The position numbers were made by a program, and so were the translations under genes. Below are positions 16,539 through 23,416 of a stretch of DNA of 23,416 nt, piece by piece. Location: positions 1 to 23,416 of the forward strand of contig JBGSMV010000081.1 in NCBI GenBank assembly GCA_041739995.1, written 5' to 3'. Below the pieces are notes generated by a model. It saw only the letters and a program-made list of their open reading frames with translations. It did not search any database and had not been told where the DNA came from. The stretch comes from Bdellovibrionota bacterium. Lineage in GTDB: Bacteria; Bdellovibrionota_C; UBA2361; JBGSMV01. Each line of letters begins with the position of its first letter. The stretch's first letter is position 1.

Positions 16539-16973
16539 TTGGCGTTTATTCATCCCCATAGTTCGGGAGCTTCCGACCCTTCGCCCCATTCAGGAGCGGA
16601 TGACTTCTTAACAGGCCAGGCCTCAGGTGGCGGGTCATCAACTGGCCCGAATTCAACTGGGGCTAACTCAACTGGGCCGAACTCAACTGAGCCTAACTCA
16701 ACTGAGCACCGACCCAAGTTAGACCACACGCCGCCCATCGACGCCGCATCGAAACCAGGAACTGCCCCTGGAGAATCAGAGCAACTTGAGCACTCCTCAG
16801 GGCTTCAGGATCTTACCCAGCCACCTAGAACCAAAGGCACTCCTACTCTTGCAGCGGTACTCGGTCTCTCGCTCGGCATGAGCGTAGCTCGATGCGAGGA
16901 GGCATACGCGCAGCAACATGAATTAGAGTTTGATGGTCCCTCACCGTCTCGCCTCGTTCCAGGTACCCCCTAG
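16539..16973 (+). CDS. Low-complexity NSTxP-repeat ORF; a separate small protein or the frameshifted N-terminus of the ATP-grasp gene
   Basis: TTG start about 12 nt after GAGGAG. Repeat variation is largely synonymous in this frame. The TAG stop overlaps the downstream GTG. Confidence 0.5.
   Translation: MAFIHPHSSGASDPSPHSGADDFLTGQASGGGSSTGPNSTGANSTGPNSTEPNSTEHRPKLDHTPPIDAASKPGTAPGESEQLEHSSGLQDLTQPPRTKGTPTLAAVLGLSLGMSVARCEEAYAQQHELEFDGPSPSRLVPGTP
16638..16707 (+). repeat. 15-bp tandem repeat, about 4.7 copies (TCAACTGRGCCKAAY), encoding STGPN/STGAN/STGPN/STEPN/STE
   Basis: tcaactggcccgaat, tcaactggggctaac, tcaactgggccgaac, tcaactgagcctaac, tcaactgagc. Confidence 0.9.
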
Positions 16974-18394
16974 TGGTCGCTCATAATTTTCACAACCGTG
17001 TTGAAATCATTCGTGGAACTACTCCAGCCATATCCTTACCGCTGTACGTAGATCCAACACCTGACGATTCATGGGCCATCAGTCAGCTATCGTTCATGGC
17101 ACTCCAGCAAGACGAACTGGCAATAGTCCCTCGTCCGATTCCTGGCGCAATAAGCTACGCCCTTAGTGAAGGCCTCTTAGTCGATGGTCAAGTATTACCC
17201 GTCGATCCGTCTCCTAAAGCTTTTACTCGGCTCCCAGATTTTGATCTTCTCTCCCTCGCGCACCGGCTCCCTCAATCAGAGCGAGAACGCTTGGAGGGAC
17301 TTGGATTTGTCTCAGCTTTTACCACCAAAACAATTCGTGCCCGAGCCTCTGAACTCGGGATGGTACCCATACAACGAAGTGACTCCGTCCGAGCCGACGA
17401 TAAACGCGCTCTGCTACGACACGCGGGAGACTACGGCGTACATACTTGTTTACATGTTGAAGTATCTCGCGACTACAACTCACATGCCCTTCCTGAGGAA
17501 ATTCGTCGATTCGGAGGATGGCTAAAACTCTCGAACGCCATGGGCGGTTGCGGCATCGTCCAGCTTCCTTCTGACTTTGACCAAGCGGTATTCTCCTCCG
17601 GAATTCGGGCATTGGAGCAAGATTATTCCAACGGCCTAACAGCCTCCAAAGTCTTTTCGCCTGAAGCACAAGGACTTATCTGGTCTCCCAATAGCTCGCC
17701 TGAGACCCCTTTCGGTATAACATTGGAAGTTGACGCCTCCTACTATGGCTCAAAGCTTCTCGTGGGAAGCTCGGTGCTGGAGATAGATCGAAAGGGTAGA
17801 CACAAAACTCACGCGTTTTTTCAACAAATTATCGGAGATAACGGAGAGTTTCTTGGAAGTGGATTGCTCGATGTTCCCCGCACATTCGGCACTGAACTTC
17901 TTGATAATCTCGAGGAGCAATCACGACGAATCGCGAAACTCAGCGTCAATGAGCTTGGATTTGTAGGGATCTGCGGAATTGATTTTGTAGTCATTCTCAA
18001 GCCAGATGGAAATTTAGATACAAGAATCATAGAACTAAATGCCCGCCCACCGATAAGTGCCACCTCGTACATCGTTGGCTCGACAAAGCTTGAAGCGCCC
18101 GCGTGGCGCGCGCCGTACATGACCGCAAGCTCTCCGATAGTTGATATGCAACAATTTGAAGAACTTCTGACCATCAACAAGAAGATGCTAACCCGCGCGG
18201 ACCCTCAGGTGGGTCGGATTACACCGCTTCACTTCGGGACGATTTGCACCGAATACGGGGGAGCACCGCGAATTCTTCGCCCCTCCCCGTGGTGCCAGGT
18301 AGTTATAACTGGCTCGTCTGATTCCGCCATCGATAGCCTCATGGAACAGGTGCAGGCTTCAGGCAATGTGCGCTTTGGAAGACCTAACTGGTAA
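16973..18394 (+). CDS. ATP-grasp ligase with a pre-ATP-grasp-like N-domain (PGM1-like peptide/amide ligase type)
   Basis: WLKLSNAMGGCGI (Lys plus glycine loop), GFVGICGIDFVV and IIELNARP (ExNxR). The N-terminal DELAIVPRPIPGAISYALSEGL resembles pre-ATP-grasp domains. Confidence 0.8.
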   Translation: MVAHNFHNRVEIIRGTTPAISLPLYVDPTPDDSWAISQLSFMALQQDELAIVPRPIPGAISYALSEGLLVDGQVLPVDPSPKAFTRLPDFDLLSLAHRLPQSERERLEGLGFVSAFTTKTIRARASELGMVPIQRSDSVRADDKRALLRHAGDYGVHTCLHVEVSRDYNSHALPEEIRRFGGWLKLSNAMGGCGIVQLPSDFDQAVFSSGIRALEQDYSNGLTASKVFSPEAQGLIWSPNSSPETPFGITLEVDASYYGSKLLVGSSVLEIDRKGRHKTHAFFQQIIGDNGEFLGSGLLDVPRTFGTELLDNLEEQSRRIAKLSVNELGFVGICGIDFVVILKPDGNLDTRIIELNARPPISATSYIVGSTKLEAPAWRAPYMTASSPIVDMQQFEELLTINKKMLTRADPQVGRITPLHFGTICTEYGGAPRILRPSPWCQVVITGSSDSAIDSLMEQVQASGNVRFGRPNW

Positions 18395-18435
18395 GATACG
18401 CGTCACTCACAGACTCAACTTACTTACGTTTACAC

Positions 18436-19356
18436 TTACTTATAGACCTCAGGAGAAGCGGCACTCGGCTCAGCATCTCCCTCTCTCCAAACCCAGTACT
18501 GGTCACCATCCGTCTCTCCAAGTTGAAGTACATACGGCTCACCTTCTCGACTGATGGCATGAATAATCACTGGCCCGAGGTAACCCCCAGAGAGCTGCGC
18601 GAGATCTTCGGCCCCTAACCAACAGGCTTCTTTAACGGATTTCCCATAGCGCATATGCATGACCACCGAATGTGCGGTGCCTGCTCGTATGGTCATTTCA
18701 CCGGTATGAGTACAAGTCGCTCCGCCGTAGCGATCATCAACATAAAGACCCGCACCAACTAGCGGCGTGTCACCTATGCGACCCGGGTACTTGTAGGCCC
18801 ACCCTGAGGTACTTCCACCAGCTGCGAGCTTTCCTGCGCTATCTCGCATGAGGAACGTTACCGTTCCAAATGAGAGGTTCTTCTTCGCGGAGAAATCCAT
18901 GTGAGGAATCAAAGGCTCATCGGGGCCTATGGAAGGCGAGAGCTTCCTCGCAGAGAGCCATTCGCTCAAATCTTCTCTCGCACTATCCGACAGCATCTCT
19001 CGCTGCTCCGAACTCGTCTCGCTCACAAACCTCTCTGCGCCAGCACCCACAAGCAAAACATGCGGCAGTGTCTCCATCACCTTTCTGGCAACCGAGATCG
19101 GATGGCGAGCAGTAGAAAGAGCCCCGACAGAACCACAGCGCCTGGAAGCTCCCTCCATAATAGAAGCATCAAGACTCATACGTCCCTCAGCATCGGGCGC
19201 TCCACCAAAACCGACAGTCAATGCACGCGGATCGTCCTCTACTGCTTGAATTCCGCGCTCAAGACACTCCACCACTCCCAGCCCATCATGGAAGGCCCTC
19301 ACTGATTGAGCGATACCGAATCCCCCTTCATCGCTCGCTAAAATCACTGCTGCCAT
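18436..19356 (-). CDS. Asparaginase-2 family Ntn hydrolase (glycosylasparaginase / isoaspartyl peptidase type)
   Basis: VEDDP...VGFGGAPD, LDASIMEG, HPISVARKVME-PHVLLVGAGA, nucleophile G|TV, GGSTSG, PGRIGDTPLVGAGLY, THTGE. Confidence 0.93.
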   Translation of the reverse strand: MAAVILASDEGGFGIAQSVRAFHDGLGVVECLERGIQAVEDDPRALTVGFGGAPDAEGRMSLDASIMEGASRRCGSVGALSTARHPISVARKVMETLPHVLLVGAGAERFVSETSSEQREMLSDSAREDLSEWLSARKLSPSIGPDEPLIPHMDFSAKKNLSFGTVTFLMRDSAGKLAAGGSTSGWAYKYPGRIGDTPLVGAGLYVDDRYGGATCTHTGEMTIRAGTAHSVVMHMRYGKSVKEACWLGAEDLAQLSGGYLGPVIIHAISREGEPYVLQLGETDGDQYWVWREGDAEPSAASPEVYK

Positions 19357-19559
19357 AGCTTCTTGCTCCAGTTAGGAAGTAAAAATTCAGGCCGTAAGCA
19401 ACTCCACGCGCCATCACACCCACGATTAGATTTCTGAGCCCAAAGAACTCATGAAAGTGTTGCGTTCTTCGAATGAGATCTGGAATATGGCCTAAGAAGC
19501 AAGCAGAGTGAAGGATTGTTTTAGCCGACCCCCTTCAAGTACTGCAAAGGACTCCCGCC

Positions 19560-19937
19560 ATGAATACCGTTACCCAAACCGCAGCAATTCTCGTATTCGC
19601 TCACAACCCAGAGCCATCGAGCGGCGAAGTTCAAATACGGGATTTCAGTAAATCAGAACGCACTAGCCGAGCGGTGTCACGCGGAGCGATTGGTTTCGTA
19701 GCTACAGTACTTGCCGTGTTTATCCCGATAGCCCACTTCGTGTTGGTTCCGCTTGGGCTTGTGGTTACTGTCCTCTTGGTGTTAGCAGCGCTTAACCAAA
19801 CCGGCGTGGTAGAAGGAGGCAAGGCAACGTGCCCGGAATGCAAAGGGACAGTAACGATCTACCGCCGTCCAAAGAAATTTCCATTCAACGATGTTTGTGA
19901 ATCTTGCCACCGATCGGTAACGATTCAGCTCGCATAA
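19560..19937 (+). CDS. Hypothetical membrane protein with a TM hairpin and C-terminal zinc ribbon
   Basis: Hydrophobic hairpin (VFIPIAHFVLVPLG), CPEC...CESC, AAGGGA SD. Confidence 0.8.
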   Translation: MNTVTQTAAILVFAHNPEPSSGEVQIRDFSKSERTSRAVSRGAIGFVATVLAVFIPIAHFVLVPLGLVVTVLLVLAALNQTGVVEGGKATCPECKGTVTIYRRPKKFPFNDVCESCHRSVTIQLA

Positions 19938-19954
19938 GGCCGATGATGGCCAAG

Positions 19955-20194
19955 CTAAGAATCGAGACGCTGCCCGAACACGCTATCAATCGCCACGAAG
20001 ACGAGCAGGAGCAATCCCACAGCACATACTAAGATGCAGTCGCGCGAAGTAAAGCCTTCTTTCAGCAGAAACGGAGCAACAGCGAAAACGCCAAGCACGC
20101 ACAAAGCTCCATATAATCGAGCACTCTCTCGTGCCAAATCCTTAGAAACAGATTCGTGCTGACCGTCGGCTCGTGAACTGATGTGATGTCTCAT
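19955..20194 (-). CDS. Small two-TM hypothetical protein (79 aa)
   Basis: GGGGAG SD before ATG 20194 and two hydrophobic segments. Confidence 0.6.
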   Translation of the reverse strand: MRHHISSRADGQHESVSKDLARESARLYGALCVLGVFAVAPFLLKEGFTSRDCILVCAVGLLLLVFVAIDSVFGQRLDS

Positions 20195-20355
20195 TGTGTC
20201 TCCCCGTAGACCCAAGTTTCCCCGCACGAGATTGTAAGGGATTCTCAATTCTTAAGCTAAGCGTATGAACTTATTGACTATATGGCTTGCCGCCCCAGAC
20301 TGACTTGAAGATCTACTGGAAAAATAAGCGCACCAGAAAGGTGCGCCTCGGCCGA

Positions 20356-21222
20356 CTAGAGGGCCCCGAGACAGTCCTTCGTACGTTCTACTAGCTGCTC
20401 TTCGACTTTGTAGAAAATGTCATTATGCGAAGCCTCCTCAGATTCTAAAACACTGAGCGACACCCCTTGAGGAATTGCCTTCGTCAGCTGAGCGAGGTTC
20501 TCAAACGGAACCACTTGATCTTTGCGTCCATGTGCAAGAACAACGCACTGCGTTGACAGCCCCCGCAAATACTCTGCAACTGGAAATTGATACCGCAAGA
20601 ATGGCGTTAAATAGCTATACGGAGGCATGGTCGCCACCAACGAGCGAAAGTCTGAATATCCTGCTAATAATATTAACGCGCGCGGTTGAATCTTGCGCGC
20701 GAGATATGCCGCAGGCCCCGCTCCAATGGAATTGCCGAGCAGGACGAATCGGTCAAAGTCTAATCCAGAGAGCTCCCTCACTTTTTCAGCCGCGGCTTCT
20801 GCATCACGATAGAGGCCCTGCTCTGATGGCCACCCCGTAGATCTTCCGTAACCTCTATAATCAAAGGTCAGCGCCGGAATACCCACTCTATTAAAGAACG
20901 GAATGAAATTCTGTGTCTCGGCGGTTTCTCCATTTCCATGAAAAATAAGCGCCACATACTCGCTTTGACCCACAGACCGAATGGAAGTGAACGCTTGCAG
21001 AGACTCTCCATCACTAGTGTTCACACGCACCGCAGTCACACTGAGTAAAAGCTGGAAGGGGCCAGAGCTCTTCTTGAAAGACACTCCTGGAAATATGAGA
21101 CGCTCTTGTTGCCACACCACAAGCGCTGCAAGCGCACAAATGACGGCAGAACCGAAGGCAAGAGCTCTCGCAGTACGGCGGATACCAAATGGATTTTTCA
21201 TCGTCAACGAATGCGTACGCAC
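20356..21222 (-). CDS. Alpha/beta hydrolase (ABHD12/13/17-like, N-terminal anchor)
   Basis: QERLIFPG, FHGNGE, FDYRGYGRSTGWPSEQGLYRDA, nucleophile GNSIG, HGRKDQVVP, HND. The start could be ATG 21201. Confidence 0.92.
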   Translation of the reverse strand: MRTHSLTMKNPFGIRRTARALAFGSAVICALAALVVWQQERLIFPGVSFKKSSGPFQLLLSVTAVRVNTSDGESLQAFTSIRSVGQSEYVALIFHGNGETAETQNFIPFFNRVGIPALTFDYRGYGRSTGWPSEQGLYRDAEAAAEKVRELSGLDFDRFVLLGNSIGAGPAAYLARKIQPRALILLAGYSDFRSLVATMPPYSYLTPFLRYQFPVAEYLRGLSTQCVVLAHGRKDQVVPFENLAQLTKAIPQGVSLSVLESEEASHNDIFYKVEEQLVERTKDCLGAL

Positions 21223-21243
21223 CTGAGGAAAGATACTAAACTC

Positions 21244-21411
21244 TTAGAACCTGAATATTTTCGCCAGCACCAACAGCAGTGCTACAGTTCCCCAGATTAT
21301 CAAGCAAGGTGAACACCAAAAGCGAGACCTGCAAGCTGGGGTAGCAGAGGAGCTTGCCTCTTCCTTGGTACCCCCAGCTTTGTCATCTCCATGCACCGAA
21401 GCGTCTTTCAT
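21244..21411 (-). CDS. Small single-TM, Cys-rich hypothetical protein (55 aa)
   Basis: AGGAG SD before ATG 21411; CRSRFWCSPC followed by a TM helix; 21 bp upstream of the hydrolase. Confidence 0.6.
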   Translation of the reverse strand: MKDASVHGDDKAGGTKEEASSSATPACRSRFWCSPCLIIWGTVALLLVLAKIFRF

Positions 21412-21607
21412 GTCTCGTCTCCTATTGAAGGCACTGTCTGCCGTCAACCCTCCCATATTGCCTGCAAAAGGACCGCCTCCGTTATCCTAAGACCTAAAAA
21501 TCAATCGACTTTAGTTTCTTACTAGATACTCCGACTACCTAATCAGAGCGAATCTAAGCGCATGGCCACCTCGTGCCTGTGGGATTAATGGCTAAGTCTA
21601 GTCGAAA

Positions 21608-21997
21608 ATGGGGTTGATAATGCGCTACGCAATTGTCGCTGATGATGACGCAGTAAGTCGCAAGATTCTATGCGCGAAGATCCGTCAACTCGGGATATTT
21701 CCAATCGAGTGCTCGGATGGAGAAAGAGCCTGGACTACCCTACGCGACAACCCAGAACCTTCACTGATCGTTGCAGACATTGATATGCCTAAGCTAAACG
21801 GACGCTCACTGATTGAGCATGCGCGCAGCAAGCCTTCGCTGGCGAGCATTCCAATAGTGATAGTTTCTGGTTCGGTTCGAATGGGGGAGATTTCCGATCT
21901 CATTACGAGCGGAACCTGCGCGTTTGTCCCAAAGCCAATAGACTCAGCCAACTTTGCCCTACATGTGGAGCACTTACTTGGCGGCAAAAAAGCCTAG
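21608..21997 (+). CDS. Stand-alone CheY-like response regulator
   Basis: ADDD acidic pocket, phospho-Asp in ADIDMPKLNG, IVSG, VPKP. The start may be ATG 21620. Confidence 0.92.
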   Translation: MGLIMRYAIVADDDAVSRKILCAKIRQLGIFPIECSDGERAWTTLRDNPEPSLIVADIDMPKLNGRSLIEHARSKPSLASIPIVIVSGSVRMGEISDLITSGTCAFVPKPIDSANFALHVEHLLGGKKA

Positions 21998-22044
21998 GCG
22001 AAGGAGCATCAACACGCAGTTCCGCACGCATCTATTAAATGCGC

Positions 22045-22482
22045 TTAGCCCTGAACTTTTAGCAGTTCCACATCAAAGATAAGATCTGCGTTTGGAGGAA
22101 TCACTGGAGGCGATCCGCGCGCGCCGTATCCAAGCGCCGATGGAATGAGAAGCGTGCGTTTCCCGCCAACTTTCATACCAGCCACTCCTTGATCCCACCC
22201 CTGGATCACTCGACCTGCGCCGAGCGGGAACGAGAACGGGGAGTTGCGATCTAAGGAGCTATCAAACTTGCTACCTTTCTCTCCGTTATTATTCAGCCAT
22301 CCAGTGTAGTTCACCACGACAACGCCACCGCTTTTAGCTTCAGCTCCATCGCCGACTACTGTGTCGATATACCCAAGCCCTGATTCCGTTTTTGTAACTT
22401 TAGCTGCCGACTCTTCTGCCACTGCAAATCCTGACGTTAAAAATAATGCTGCTAGAAATACTGAACACGCTCTCATATACAC
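22045..22482 (-). CDS. Exported FKBP-type peptidyl-prolyl cis-trans isomerase
   Basis: Signal peptide, [65 protein letters not shown]. Confidence 0.96.
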   Translation of the reverse strand: MYMRACSVFLAALFLTSGFAVAEESAAKVTKTESGLGYIDTVVGDGAEAKSGGVVVVNYTGWLNNNGEKGSKFDSSLDRNSPFSFPLGAGRVIQGWDQGVAGMKVGGKRTLLIPSALGYGARGSPPVIPPNADLIFDVELLKVQG

Positions 22483-22821
22483 AGGCTTAAATCCTCCGAA
22501 GACATTAGTTTAATAGACAGATGATGTGTGCCGCTCGCGCACAAGCAGCACCACGATTCCTCTGGAGCTCATCATGTTGAAGGAGAGTGGGCAATCAGAA
22601 TTTGACTACGAACAAAGAGCCGCGTTTCCCCAGAGATGGAGAGAGAAATTACGGTAGTTATAAATAGCACCTTTGCGGCGGTTTAATCGGCGTTCAACCT
22701 AAAAAGTCGGGAACGGGCGGGACTTAATTACTAGAGGCCTGCGGGGCCCAATCAACCTCTTTGGCTCCGAGCGCCACAAAGAGCAGTATAATCAGTAGCA
22801 TTTCCATAGGAAGGAATCCTC

Positions 22822-22938
22822 ATGCAACGGCTTCCCATGGTACTCCCCGAAGCTCGCCAAGTCCAACAAATTGCAGCATTCAAGAATGGTTATTCTTGGC
22901 TTTTCCGCTGTAAAGGTCCTCAGGGCGTCTTGCGTTGA
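22822..22938 (+). CDS. Candidate small ORF, 38 aa (MQRLPMVLPEARQVQQIAAFKNGYSWLFRCKGPQGVLR)
   Basis: TATAAT at 22787-22792 and AGGAAGGA just upstream of the ATG; below the ORF-track size cutoff; no recognised homology. Confidence 0.3.
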   Translation: MQRLPMVLPEARQVQQIAAFKNGYSWLFRCKGPQGVLR

Positions 22939-23064
22939 AAAGTGGCGTAGGTGGAGATCAAACGAGTTTCGGATGGGGTGAGCGGCAATTCGACAGCGAT
23001 CGGCGTGTGACGGGAGGAAGTGTTTCCCAAAGGGTTCGAATCCCCCCGTTAATACAATCTTGGG

Positions 23065-23127
23065 CACAGCGCCGAGCGGAGGTACAGACACAGCGTCAAG
23101 CGGAGGTGCAGACACAGCGTCAAGCGG
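23065..23127. repeat. 24-bp tandem repeat, about 2.6 copies
   Basis: cacagcgccgagcggaggtacaga / cacagcgtcaagcggaggtgcaga / cacagcgtcaagcgg. Confidence 0.85.
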
Positions 23128-23301
23128 TAATACGGCGAGATGGCCGAAGCTCGTAAGAGCGAAGGCGAGTCGCCACATCGAACAACTGACAATCAAAACA
23201 ACCAAACAAAGCAGAGGCAGAAACTCTTTCCTATTTTACTGGAATGGTTTCTCGGAAGATTCGATTCCAGACACGAATTGATGTCGGGATGAGATTTGCC
23301 G

Positions 23302-23389
23302 GCCCTCCTTCGCACTTATCGCATTGCGATAAGTGCTTCGGCGGGGCGCCATACCGCTTGCTCACTTCGTTCGCTGGCGCGGTATGGCG
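23302..23389. repeat. Two adjacent REP-like palindromes at the tRNA 3' end
   Basis: gcacttatcgca-t-tgcgataagtgc (23312-23336) inside ccctccttc...ttcggcgggg flanks; cgccataccgc (23347-23357) / gcggtatggcg (23379-23389) around gctcacttcgttcgc. Confidence 0.7.
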
Positions 23390-23416
23390 GAGAGAGGGGG
23401 ATTCGAACCCCCGATA
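23385..23416 (-). tRNA. 3' part of tRNA-Ser, truncated by the window edge; anticodon not visible
   Basis: The minus strand reads TATCGGGGGTTCGAATCCCCCTCTCTCCGCCA: a 5-bp T-stem with TTCGAAT loop, acceptor strand TCTCTCC, discriminator G and encoded CCA, typical of Ser tRNAs. Confidence 0.88.

Noticed and set aside
16638..16707. Short repeats as a CRISPR array (also 23065-23127)
   Set aside because: They are head-to-tail tandem units of 15 and 24 bp with no unique spacers, and no cas genes are present.
3994..18394. TldD plus ATP-grasp as one RiPP cluster
   Set aside because: They are over 11 kb apart and separated by recJ, rppH and other unrelated genes on both strands.
188..21987. Numerous antisense or alternate-frame ORFs in the track (e.g. 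188-496, 2828-3253, 7134-7544, 10323-10652, 17184-17525, 18901-19305)
   Set aside because: Shadow ORFs lying largely or wholly within well-supported genes, with no motifs of their own.
22792..23281. ORFs 22792-23205 (-) and 23060-23281 (+)
   Set aside because: Kept open largely by the 24-bp tandem repeat; no SD or recognisable domain.
22483..23384. Integrated prophage or genomic island at tRNA-Ser
   Set aside because: No integrase and no direct-repeat copy of the tRNA 3' end in the window; the only T-arm copy is inverted.

Overview
Bacterial chromosomal segment of roughly 50% GC (estimated by eye). The gene set (FlgM, a flagellin remnant, PilB/GspE, TldD, RecJ) fits a flagellated Gram-negative organism, possibly Bdellovibrionota/deltaproteobacteria-like; this is inference only. 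It carries about 21 mostly unlinked genes: an FG-GAP beta-propeller, a zinc-ribbon/TPR protein, a 2H-phosphoesterase-like protein, TldD, a trypsin-like protease with a GC-type dockerin, a GlcG/HbpS heme-binding protein, a pseudo-receiver/pseudo-HisKA protein, a phenylalanine-hydroxylase-like protein, recJ, rppH, a GspE/PilB ATPase, a YbjN-like protein, flgM, a pre-ATP-grasp/ATP-grasp ligase, an Ntn asparaginase, an alpha/beta hydrolase, a CheY-like regulator and FKBP, then the 3' end of tRNA-Ser at the window edge. The most notable signals are: (i) a PhhA homologue lacking all three iron ligands, directly behind a regulator lacking both its phospho-Asp and phospho-His; (ii) a decayed flagellin C-terminus hidden in the 1.7-2.1 kb intergenic region and absent from the ORF track; (iii) an ATP-grasp ligase preceded by an NSTxP-repeat ORF that joins it if one C is added to a C5 run; (iv) an encoded ssrA-like C-terminal degron upstream of recJ; (v) two secreted proteins both ending F-x-x-G-C; (vi) a sigma28-type promoter and GGA-rich leader on an orphan flgM. 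No CRISPR array, rRNA or intact mobile element was seen.
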